64,000 bases of DNA, from NCBI GenBank assembly GCA_025786725.1, contig JAHLTZ010000003.1, forward strand, positions 496,001-560,000, given 5' to 3'. Positions 14,090 through 26,150 of the stretch are shown in pieces. A model generated the notes under the pieces. That model worked only from the letters and a program-made list of their open reading frames with translations. It had not been told where the DNA came from and made no database searches. Source of the DNA: Syncephalis fuscata S228. Taxonomy: Eukaryota; Fungi; Zoopagomycota. Every line of letters starts with the position of its first letter. The first letter of the stretch is position 1. A program made the position numbers and the translations under genes.

Positions 14090-15075
14090 ATGAGTGAGAC
14101 TACATCAGTTGGTCAGGTTGAAATGTCGACGGCAACACAGGATGATACTCATGTAGCAATGGTATGTTAGAATATACTGTCAACTACATAATAATTGTAA
14201 CATATAAATTTCTAGACAAATAAAGAATCGATAGTAGGAACTGATGGCGATTCTACCATGAATACAGAGGATAATAACGGTGATAAGCCAGTGTCATTGA
14301 TCAATAAAGAGGAGGTGAAACGTCGATCAAAACGTATGCTAGGTGTTATGTTGGGCACGTTAAATAGTTTTAAAAAGGCCAACGATAACAAGACTGATGC
14401 AGTAAGTAGCATAAAAGAAAGAACCATAGATAGACAACAGTACATGTACTGATGGAAATTATTGTTAATAGGAGAGAAGACGCGAAGCATTAGAAACAAA
14501 ACTACAGGATCGAATGTCTAAGGAAAAAGAAAGTTGGAAAAACGACGAGAAGAAATTCAAGAAGAGCGTCGACAAAGAATTCTAGAGTCACATCGCATGT
14601 TACAAGAGAAACAACAACGACAAGCAGTACGTAATAATAATAATAATAATAATCAGAAAAGATACAATAATACTAAATGATGTGTGTGTAGAAAACTGTT
14701 TTAATGCGCCGTCGACTTCATTGTTCTAGTTTCTTAAAAACAACCACCGGTCCTAAATTATACTATCTACCGGCCAAATTAACAGATAAACAAGCAGCTC
14801 AGCTTAAAGAGCAAGTGTCTGAAACTAAGCATTATGTCAAGGAACGGATGCCTGAACTACTGGAACGCAATAGATCCGATGAAACCGACGATGTTATCAA
14901 CGTGGCCGATGGTCGAGATCAACGTTTGGGCGAGGAACATGACGAAACAATGCTAGAGATGGAAGCGGAACTTACTTCAAATAATTTGGATACGATGCAG
15001 GATGATTCAGATGAACCTGGTGCAATAAGAGATGGCGCATTAAATGATTATGACATGGAGTTAACGGAAAAGTAA
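14090..15075 (+). CDS. PNN: Pinin/SDK/memA domain protein (multi-exon)
   Basis: KRRSKRMLGVMLGTLNSFKK and FLKTTTGPKLYYLPAKLT are pinin-domain motifs; canonical GT-AG introns. Confidence 0.8.
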
Positions 15076-15283
15076 AGCATCCGAGAAGAAGATTACAAAT
15101 GAAAATTGAACTGTTTTTAATTCATTTATCATAATATAATTATTCCATTAATAAATATAGTGTTGTTGTTAAGTGGCACATTAAAGATTTACGTACAATA
15201 TTCGGTTTATTCTTTCTTCATTCAAATGGTATACACAAAGCACTGCAAATTGGGATGTTAACTATACTGCTATGGACAATAGA

Positions 15284-16481
15284 TTAGGATGGTTCTGGAT
15301 TGTCGATAGTCTCTGATTCGGATGATTCAAGTGTATCTATTCGAATGAATTCACGTAACCGATTGTATAGCATCTTCTGTTGTGTTTTTAATCTTTCTTG
15401 AATTCCGTGATGTTTAAATTCTGCTACAAATAGCTCATAATAATCTTCGGGTGTCTTTTGTATATTATATCGCATTAAAATAGCGCCTGTTCTGTTACTA
15501 TAATTATAAAAATAATTGACGAGCTGCTCGATTAGCTGATTCGTGCGTACTAAATGACATCCCAGATATTCAATAATGTCCCGTGCCTCACGCACGGTTA
15601 TTGTGCGATATTCAAGCTTTGTCTTTATATCGTTGGTAGTTTCTTCTTCTTCGTTTCCATTAAATGTTTATATTTTAAGAGTTCTGTTTTGTTATCAGCT
15701 AGCTCGTAAGTTTGTTCCCTATAATTTTCCTCTTTCCGCCATTGCTGTCGCAGCTTTACAAGTGCTTCTTTTTCTTTTTCGCGGGCTTGAGTCTCGCTAT
15801 GATGTGCCTTTTCTTCAGCTAGCCATACGTCGCGCTGTTGCTGGTGTTTTCTATCTTCATTAGCCCACATTAATCGCTTTAACGAGTGTTGCACTTCTTC
15901 TTTGGTCCATTGTATCTTCTTTTTCTTGTGCTTCTTATCCTCTTCCATCCACTGCGTCTGCTTCTGCTGATGTTCCTTCTCTTTTCTAGCATACGCTTCA
16001 AACTCTTGTTCCATTTTTCGTTTCGTTTCTTCCCATTCGAGTACCTCATGTTTATGTTTTTCTTTTTCTTTCTCCCATTGAGCCTGTTGTACTTTCTGTG
16101 CCTCTCTAGCACAGTCCCATAAAAACAAATCCTTTTGGTGGTCCTTTTCATCAAGCTGGTGCTGTCGAGTTCTTTCCTCAAGATCGGATGTGGATGTTGC
16201 CATTACTGCTAACCAATTGCGCATGCTTGTTTCCATTTTAGCCTTGTCTTCATTCCACAATAATCGCTTTCGTGCGTATTTCTTTTCCTCTGCACGCCAT
16301 TGCTGCCGTAGTTTCTCTTGCGCGCTACTTCTGCTTGAAATTGATGTCGTAAAATGCCAAGCAAATCTTCTACATTGGCCTGAAGTTATATTAGCAAAGG
16401 TCTAAAGCAACCATAAAACATTACATTAAACTCACAGTCTTTTAATGACTTATCCTCGTCACAACCAATTTTCAAAACCAT
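15284..16481 (-). CDS. Coiled-coil, Trp-periodic E/K/Q-rich hypothetical protein (frameshifted)
   Basis: 211-aa and 103-aa ORFs in series; short first exon MVLKIGCDEDKSLKD followed by a GTGAGT donor. Confidence 0.5.
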
Positions 16482-17020
16482 GTTAAAACAGAGAGAAATA
16501 GAGGGAGAGGAGAGAAAAAAACAGAGAGAGAAAGCAACTAGCAAGAAAGAAGATGGTCAAAACGGATCTGTGATGTCAATTACCGCCTTTGGTCATGTGT
16601 ATCCTTATGACCATTTCTGTTTTCGTACAACCCGCCATCTATAAATGGCGGTTTTTGAAAACAAAGCAACCTCGTGACATTTGAATTTGAACGTTCTCAA
16701 CACTATTTATTATTATTAATATTAATAGATGGAACTATTGTACTTTGACTCTCATTTTTTATTCACTCATTTCACTTCCTTTTTTAATACTTTTAGACAT
16801 AAACATCTACTCATCACTATTCCATGTGCACTATTCCATGTATAATATTGTATCCAACATTAATTAATTCATGTTTAATTATTGATACAATAATGTAATT
16901 AATTAGTTGTTTTTATTATTGCTTTAATATATACACATGTACTGTCATTTATTTAGTCAAATTGGCTATAGGGGAAGTGACTGTCTAATAAACGACTTTT
17001 TTAATAATTATATTAATATT

Positions 17021-17200
17021 AATCTTACATCACAAATATGCCCAAAATATGATAGTAGAACATTAGAAAATAGAAGAGACTGTTTAGATGCAAGAATCCA
17101 TGCTGTACATAGATGCAACAACAATCAATGTGGAATGACATGGAATTGCAATTATATGACTTTTATTAGTATTCAATCAACATTTTTACACATGGCCAAC
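17021..17200 (-). repeat. Dispersed ~175-bp repeat, copy 1 (inverted relative to copies 2 and 3)
   Basis: Reverse complement aligns by eye with 51012-51183 and 58084-58262. Confidence 0.7.
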
Positions 17201-17256
17201 AACAATAATGATCAACCTCAAATGTTTTAAAAAAATCAAATAGTATGCTATATTTT

Positions 17257-18165
17257 TCATTTAAATCGATTTATTAATATAACTTTAAAATATTTGGTTG
17301 CGCATGGTGCCAGAAGCGTGCTGATATAAAAAATAATACGTACTGCTGTGCTTTTCATCTTGTCTTCAATAAAAGTTTTATAAAGATTAACGTAGTTGCT
17401 ATCTAATATTACTTCCTTGTTGCTGCTAAGTGGATATTTAAGTGCTATATCTAAAATACTCTGTGCTTCTTTGTTACTCTCGTTTATCCATCTTCAACAC
17501 AATCGGAAAGTTGTTTGTTTGGTGCCGACGCACATCCCCACTTAGCGAGTGCAGCTGATAGCTCATTTTTTTTAGGTCGGAGACAATTTTTTAGCAAATG
17601 TTTCGGGATCGTTATTCATAACCGTTTTTGGAAGAAAAGAATCCCACACGGCATGAAGATTGGTGCTGGTCTTGCCATACCAAAGAGCCAGCACACCGTT
17701 AGCTCCTCCTAAATAACTGGTAACATGCAGTGGCTGACTTGCATCACTTAGATAGTGCAATAAGAACTAATGCCATCTTTCCTCCTGCCTGTGGAGCGTT
17801 GCATGCTGAAGCAAGTGCGGCTCTAATTATGCCACTGGTAAGACATCTATTTCTAACGCAATGGGCTGGAGCGTATGGAGTGAGAGTTGGTGGTGTGTGT
17901 GGGATACTGACATAATGCTCAAATTGGGTACCTGCATATGCTGGTATATTTCGAATGGTATCTGCCCAATTAGCGGCTATTCCCCATTCGACGTTTGTAT
18001 TTTTAGCATTAAGCATATTTTGACCTCATTACGAACACCGTCTGATAATAAATCTTTCACCATGAATGCTATTGCGTCGTGTGCAACTGGGCCCCAGGCA
18101 TCAGCAAAGGATGTGGCGGCAACGCACATAGTGATGGCTAAAATAATACTTTTTGATAGCAACAT
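17257..18165 (-). pseudogene. Secreted S1/P1 nuclease, copy A (several frameshifts)
   Basis: Signal peptide then WGPVAH, ANWADTIR, HYVS, HYLSDASQPLH and NLHAVWD; at least 3-4 frame breaks. Confidence 0.75.
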
Positions 18166-19286
18166 TTTAATGATTGTTAACGTAATGGCAAGTGGGTGAG
18201 CGTAAAAGAATATAGTTGTTTGTAAAAAATATGCTTTAGTCAATAAAGCTGATATCTAACGTTTAAATGATGGAGAAACTAATGAGAAGCTTTGCTTAGA
18301 TTGCTTGTTGACTGATGGTATAGAGGTATAAATTACCAATTATCTGACGCGTTTAAATAGCCTGGCTTACTGTAGCATTTATTAAATATTTGTACATTTG
18401 AAATAGCACCACAGTTTGAATCCTGAAACATATTAACCGGTTAGCTCCTTTCTGTTACAAAACAACATGTACTTATCTGCCAATAATTATATAGTTATAT
18501 GACTATAACATTCGCAATAGTGGCTGTATAACTGTAATTAGTCAGTATTACGATCTTAGGTATAATAATTATACATTTGCTATTACGGCTAATGATTTAA
18601 ATTAACTAATTGAATTTTGGTGTTTACCATGGCGATAAAGTGCAATATTCTGTGGTGGAACTGTTGTATCATCCACGTATGATAACGAGTGCAGTGTTAA
18701 TGGAAAGGGGCGCCTTACCTTTACACGTTTTCTTGTTTTGCAAAAAACTGTTTTAACTAGATTCTATAGAGACTCTGATGTGTACCGACTATGTGGCTGG
18801 ATTTGTTTCGTATCATAGTTTTCAATGATTATAAAAGTGCTATAATTACCAGATTTTAACACATGGTACCGAAAAAACCAGATTTAGACACATGCTACCT
18901 TGCTATCACTTGCCCGTGTTTTCCATACATGCCAACAGCCAACAACATGCGCGTCATTTATTAAGAAATAATTTATCAAACATCATTACAGCTGCGTCTA
19001 TGTGTACTAAATATAGAACGAAAATGGCAGTATTATTGTACATGATACATGGTGATGTTGTTTCATCCGATTCCAATGATGTACTTATTTTTTGGTATTC
19101 AAAGAAAGTGCTAACCAGGTTTTTTATTTTGGTAAATGACAGTATTTGTAATTTATGGCAATTCTGTACAATAATGAAATTATATTTTAATTTGGTAAAA
19201 GTATAACAGTTAGATTTAATTCATTAATAGCAGTTACTATTGCTCTGCATTCTATAACTGTTTATTTAATGTATAAAACTGTAATA

Positions 19287-20164
19287 TTATTTGGTTGCGC
19301 ATGGTGCCAAAAGTTTGTTAATATACCCAGCAGTGCGTACAGCCGTGGCTAACATTTTGTTTTGAACTAGCGTGCTATACTTAGCAACGTATTTGCTATC
19401 TAAAATTAGACCATTGGGGTCGGTTGAAGCTGGTAGTGCCTTTAGAATAGCATGTGCGTCTTTGCTACCCTCGTTTATCCATTCAATAACACAATCGTCA
19501 AGCTGTTTGTTTTTTGCCGACGTACATCCACCCCATTTGGTAACTTGAGCCGCATAGGCTGGAGTTTTCAAAAGAATGGACCATTTTTCAGCAAATTCTT
19601 TGGGATCGTCATCCATAACTTCTTTTGGAATTAAAGTGTCCCATACGGCATGAAGATTGGTGCTGGCCTTGCCATTCCAACGAACTAGCACACCGTTAGC
19701 TCCTCCTAAATAACTGATAACATGCAATGGCTGGTTCACATCGTTTAGATAGTGCAATAAGAATCTAATGGCATCTTTTTTCCTGCCGGTGGAGCATTGC
19801 ATGCTGAGGCAAGTGCGGCTCTAGTTATGCCACTGGTAAGACATCTATTTCTAACGCAATGGGCTGGAGCGTATGGAGCGGGGGTTGGCGGCGTGTATGG
19901 GATACTGACATAATGCTCAGAGGCGGTGTTTGAATACTCTGATACATATCGAACAGTATCAGCCCAATTAGCGGCTTCTCCCCAATTTTCGGGTGTTTTT
20001 GCCCCACCAATTATTTTATTGACTTCTGCTTGGACCTTTGGCGGCAATAGCTCTTTCGCCAAATATGTTATTGCATTGTGTCCATCGCGGCCCCAGGCAT
20101 CAGCGAAGGATGTGGCGGCAACACACATAATGATGGCTGAAATAAGGCTTTTTGACAGCAACAT
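19287..20164 (-). CDS. Secreted S1/P1 nuclease, copy B (one frameshift near 19770)
   Basis: Signal peptide, WGRDGH, ANWADTVR, HYVS, FLLHYLNDVNQPLH and NLHAVWD: the zinc ligands of the S1/P1 family. Confidence 0.85.
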
Positions 20165-21114
20165 TTTAATGATCGTTAACGTAATGGAAAGCGAGTGAGC
20201 GTAAAAGGGTATAGTTGCTGGTTAGATTGCTTGTTGGCTGATGATATAGAGGTGTAAATTGCCAATTGTCTGACGCGTTTAAATAGCTTGGTTTGCTGTA
20301 GCATTTGTTAAATATTTGTGCATTTGAAATAAAATTTTAAGACATGAAACACATTAACCGGTTAACTCCTTTTTGTTACAGAGCAACACGTACTTATCTG
20401 CCTATAATCATATAACCATACGCCTACAGCATTAGCAATAATGGCTATATAATCGTAATTAATTAGCATTATTACTTTGGAAATAAAGATTACATACTTA
20501 CTATTACAGTTAATAATTTACACAAACTGCTTGATTTTTCAATATTTGCCATAGTATTAAAGTGCGATATTCTATAGAAACATCGACGTGTATAAAGAAC
20601 GTGGTTACGCATGTTTCGTATCCTTAATTTTATTAATTAAAAGCTCTGTCATTTGTCAAATTATAATGAACAATCATAAAATAACCGGACTAATTACGCA
20701 TTGTTTTGATATAGTTACCCGTGTTTCTTATCCGTGTTAACGGTTAACAATATGACACACCACACATCAGACAATATTGTATTACATACTATTATATTTG
20801 CGTATTCACGTTCGCATTGAAATAGCAAAAATTACTTTGTACCATTGTACTATTTAATATTTTATTTCATAGTGTCTATTTAATCATAACACGCTGAGTT
20901 TTTTCATTGAATATAAAATGAGTTCGTATATAAATACGACGATTATAGCATTATGAAACCACTATTGTATGTTACAGATTTTCCGTATCCTAGTTTGACT
21001 CCGTTTTATTATTGGAAACCTTGAAATTATGCCAAGACGTCTATCATTAAATTGACGTACTTAGCAATCCCTTAGCGATTTCCTGTGGTATAGCACGATA
21101 TTTTGGATCTACAG

Positions 21115-21447
21115 TCAACATTTTAAAAACATACGACCTATATGATTCATGCATAGCCATATTGTTTCATGCATCTTCAACGCCACGTTTTTCCCTTTAT
21201 ATTCATAGTAAATACCGCCCAGTTGCTTTTCATACTCGCTAGGTGATTGCATTTGCAATTCACGACCATTATGCACAAATCCATGGGGTGGCAAGCCAGC
21301 ACAGCAAAGTATGCCATCAAGGCAGTCATCCATGAATCGCGTTTTTTGACATTAATTTTTGGAATCACCATGGATTCTGGCGCTTCGTAACCCATAGAAG
21401 TTGTAGGTGGTACTTGTGGAATTGGTACTTTTGTTGCTGTATTCATC
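21115..21447 (-). CDS. Small hypothetical protein (probably frameshifted)
   Basis: Overlapping ORFs in a GC-richer island; no recognisable domain. Confidence 0.3.
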
Positions 21448-21922
21448 TTTATAATGGTAGCTTTTGTATAGTTTGTTAGCATGAGCTGGCTACTTTCTCC
21501 ATTTTTATAAAATCGGATTGCTAAACAATAGCAGTTCAGTCTCATGTATTTATGATAATACCTTTCAGTAACTTACTATCGGGATTGATATTATTATGTG
21601 CAACACCAGCATAATGTAGAAATGCCACGGCTATTCACAGAGTTAATTCTCATTTATCAACCTCCAATAAAATTATTACCTTGCACTAGCATTTTGTAGC
21701 ATTCTGGAAGTACTTTGACTTTTTTTCGTCACTGATGCGGTAAAAAACGTACGGAACGAAAATAAATCTTGACGAGATGTGACCATACAGTAGTAATCTC
21801 CTACCCAGAAATCATGCAAAAGCTGAGACACCCACTTGCTTCCTTGTGCCAAAATATTATTAGAGTTCTTTGCTAATTGTATTTGCTAAATTAAACATGA
21901 ATGTTTAGTTCATGTTACATCG

Positions 21923-22363
21923 CTATAGAGCAAGCCTACGTACTCGTAAAATACGTTCATCGTGTTCGTTTTGTTTTTTATCCCGTGAACATTTAAGCGT
22001 CGCTCCACCAAAGTAATCATTGGTATAATACGCAGAGGCAATGGCCGTGTTTTCGTCCCGAAATATCCATTTGGAAATGCTGAGTCCCACCTGGCCGTAT
22101 ACATCATAATCTCCCGTATTTGCCAGTTTGAAGCCGTAGAGTCCACTGGTGAATGGCACTTTATCCCACAAGAATTCATTCATCGGCGGAAGAATTTCAT
22201 TGTCTGTATCTTCCGAATCGTAAATCGGGGATTTTCCAGTATCTTCTTCATGTTCTAGAGCCCATCGAACAACAGGATTGTTAATCACTACAACATTATT
22301 AACTGCTTTGGTTGTAGTGGCCAGCAAGCAGCAAATAGCAATAGTTGAAACAACTAAACGCAT
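21923..22363 (-). CDS. Small secreted protein of unknown function
   Basis: Signal peptide MRLVVSTIAICCLLATTTKA followed by a ~125-aa mature region. Confidence 0.65.
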   Translation of the reverse strand: MRLVVSTIAICCLLATTTKAVNNVVVINNPVVRWALEHEEDTGKSPIYDSEDTDNEILPPMNEFLWDKVPFTSGLYGFKLANTGDYDVYGQVGLSISKWIFRDENTAIASAYYTNDYFGGATLKCSRDKKQNEHDERILRVRRLAL

Positions 22364-23234
22364 TGTGGTCAGCAATTTATTCTAGCAGCCGGTGTTTATA
22401 TAAAATATTATAGCTTTTATGCAATAGCTATATGGACTGTATGGTGACGATAACTTTACGAATATTAAAAGTACAATAATATTGCAAAGTGCTTTAAATA
22501 ATTTTATTTTATTAAACATAAAAAGTAAGGACCATGTGGCTAATAAACATTCTTTTTAACCGCCGAACAATGCCATAAATAACGTAAAAGCACGATGCAA
22601 CTATTTATGGCAATTCTAATTAAACATTAGTCGTTCTTATTCGGTAATTTTCCAACGTTTATCACGACAACTAAAATGTCAGTTGATGGTGTTAACAATA
22701 ACCTGAATTATTAAAAAATACCCAAAAGTATGATTGCATTAGATAGTAATGTTTATCTATGTTCGCATGTATCTACACGTATAGTTGAAACAATAAACGA
22801 AAGATGTAAATGATAAACGTGGAGCATGTTATATTTTGAATTCAATACGCAAATAAATCAGTTAAACTAATGGAGCAAACAAAACAAAATTCATCCATGT
22901 TATCTAGCAAAGTAGCATGTTACTTTGGCAAATAAACGACGGACGAATACACTGGAATGTTAACGCTGAGTATAATGGTTTTACGCATCAATAAAACGTC
23001 AGAGCGAGAAGTCAAATAATATAAATGCTCAGATAACGAGACCAAGCTAATAAGTAGAATCCCGAGTTTAATCAAATGATTAACTCGCTATAATACCATA
23101 TATAACTTGCGGCCATTGTTATCCTTCAAATGGGCGATAGCTTTTCAGTATTACTATGTAATATTATATTTGAAAAGCGGTACGTCCAAATGTGCTTAAA
23201 CACGTCACCATTTTGCAGAAATAGAATGGTTTAG

Positions 23235-23971
23235 TCAGACAGACTCGTCCAACAACCGCTCAATCTCTGGAATGAAGGAGAAAGGTTCTTCGTTGGGTGC
23301 ATACCGTTTTACGGGTTCACCATTACGATCAATAAGAACTATATGACAATGTTAAGCCATATAGATAGTAGGTAACAAATCATGCTTACCTTGGAAAAGT
23401 TCCACTTGATTGCATTAAACATAAAGCCTTTCTGCTTCTGCTTCAGGTAGACATAAAGCGGATGTGCATTAGAGCCGTTGACATCGATCTTGTCGAACAT
23501 ATCGAATTCCACGCCAAAGCCGGCGGCAAATTCTTTAATCTCTTCGTTGGTGCCCGGTTCTGTAATAAAAATTAGTCGTTTGTTTGCACATTGTTACAGT
23601 TTTTGATTTAAAAACTTACCTTGACTGCCGAACTGGTTGCAGGGAAAGCCGAGGATGCGCAAACCACGCTCGCGGTAGCGCTGATCGAGCTGAACTAGCT
23701 GGGTGTAGTTCAGCTAATATGCAATGATATTAAGCTGGTTAGCAATCGTAGCACATGCATATCTGCCTATAAACAACGTTACCTTTGTAAAACCTCACTT
23801 GGAGGCTACATTGACGACAAGGACAACCTGGCCACGGTATTGCTCCATGGACACCTCATTGCCATCAATGTCAAGGGCGGTAAAGTCGTAGAAATTCTAG
23901 TTGGTCAAAATAATTCAGTTAGAGTGGTTTTAAAAAAGATGTAACTGTTCTACCTTCGACGAATCCGCCAT
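23235..23971 (-). CDS. GPX4: Glutathione peroxidase, GPx4/PHGPx-like, with in-frame TGA (Sec) at the catalytic position
   Basis: Five exons: MADSSK|[33 protein letters not shown][TGA]GFTK|[31 protein letters not shown]|[57 protein letters not shown]|[15 protein letters not shown]... TGA at 23797-23795. An in-frame upstream ATG lies at 24211. Confidence 0.9.
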
Positions 23972-26150
23972 TGTTTCGTTGTTGTCGTCAGTCTCTTCTG
24001 GACTGATATCGGGTGTGTTCTGTTGCTGTGAAGTAAAAGATACAGTTTTGTCAGTTGCAGACAAACAAATACTTGAGGTAGATGGGTCGGGAGAAAGAAG
24101 TGTTCTACCGAGGGGTGCTAACGAATAACGATGGTAGTTGAGCTCGGAATAATGTAGGCCGATAAGAAAGGAAGGCCCAACAAGGCGAGCCAACCTCCAA
24201 GTTGGTTTCATACTCGACCTACACAACAACTGTATTAGTAATCTAGAACAAAAGCTATAGCAGTGTTGCAGTTGTCAAGCAAGCAGTAGCGAGCGAGACA
24301 GAGTGTCAGTTTGCATAAACAATGGATATGCTAGTGCACTACAACAAGCCATGACGTACCTCGAATAATGGGGAAAAGATATGACACCAATGTCTGGTGA
24401 ATCGAACAGTTTGTTATTGGAGTAAATAATAGAGTAGCCAACCATAATGCGATTATTAGCTATATTCGTTACAACTACACACATATTATCCATTTTAGCA
24501 ATAATATATAATTTATTTAGTTAATTGCCATTTCTGTTCTTTACTAACATATTTTAATAAATATGTGTCGTGTGCTGTTTAACATTACTATACAATTAAC
24601 TTTTATATTAATAATTTATTATTGGTTAATGTGCTCTGAAGTCTAAATAACTAGATTAAACACTACACATTTGTTCTAATAAACATGATGACGGATGGTG
24701 AGTGACATCAGCCATTAAAATGCTCATCATTGTAGATTCATTATCCAGTATGCATATACCCTTTATCCATCTATACCATTAAACATCATATACTCATACT
24801 ATACTATATATCGTCCTATGATGGATATCGAGCAGAAATGTAGTTTATATTGTTTAATGCAAAATAATCAAAGCCTTTATAGCTATTTGAACATAAGAAC
24901 AAGTATAAATACATTAACGATAAAATCATCGATAATACTGATTGTCCTGCAATGTAGCATCAGTGTTTATAGCACAGTAGTAATCAACTAATTGCCATAT
25001 CTACAATGTAATAAATATCATAGATTTATTGAATTTGTATGTATAATACCGTGCTTGTAACACTGTATATTAATATTTATCTCTTTGGTATTGGCGTATC
25101 AGTTATGATATGTATAGCACGCCTTCGACGTTTCTGTCGAAATTATAAGTAAATAGTTATCTTTAAATATATTGATTAGTTTTTGTTGATATTTCAAACG
25201 TTTATTTTTTAATTGATCCAGATGATGGCTAGCCAATAATTTTTGTAGCTTAGTAATGTGCAATGGCTATTGAAGGCTACGCCTATGTACAATTTGTTAT
25301 GTACACTTGAGCTTTTAAAAAGATTATAGCTACATTAACTACTGTAACAAGACAGTAGATAACCATCAGATTATAATAGTAAAGTGTTGCGCTATATACT
25401 GCACATTAATTATAGGCATACAACTAACAGCCAATAGTAAAATAAATAATGAAATTGTGTACAAATGACTTTGGCTTTGTTCATCTGGAAGCATCATTCT
25501 TACGCAACAGTATAAACGTCATAGTAGGCCGTAACGATAGCTTGTCAGTTACCAAGTAAATATTGTTGATACTACAAATCGCCGATCGAGTAAATAACCC
25601 ACCCATCAGTGTTCATTCTATTAGTCATACCATGCTTTAATGCATTGCAGGATATGACGTAACAGCTGCTAAATCTAAATTTGAACTTGATCATATTGAC
25701 CCAATCCGGTTTCAGCCGAAGACATCGTTAGTGATACGCACTGCAGAGCCGTTGTTTAAATTGCTTTGCAGAATGGCGTGCTGTATCATATAAGAACCGT
25801 GGAAACCGCAGTCTCACGCTTACTTGACACCCACACGTCTATCCAAAACCTTATACGTATACACGCCTAGTAGTTAGTTAGTACACGGCCAAGCAAAAGG
25901 CACCTATTGACACGGTCATCTACTTGCAGTATTGTCGCTTACTTTACTAAGTATCACGTGGATGCCTTGACACACTTGTCCGACAGCTTATTTCGCGTGA
26001 TTAGTACCTCTTGAATCGCAAGACCGACCACAAGCTTTATATTTCAACTCTCAGGCTCACTACTCTTATCGCTCTCTTTACAACATACATATACATTTCG
26101 TTTTTACCTTTGCATCGGCGATTACTTTAACACAACCTCTTTATTTCAAC

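Noticed and set aside
22620-22670. GTGAT...AAAA...GAA segment as the GPx SECIS
   Set aside because: Helix II pairing is poor and it lies ~600 nt from the stop; not supportable by eye.
23790-23800. GTGAGG at the GPx TGA as a splice donor that removes the stop
   Set aside because: Splicing there to the next acceptor deletes the catalytic residue and GFTK and gives an immediate in-frame stop. The GTAACG donor at 23782 keeps the conserved frame.
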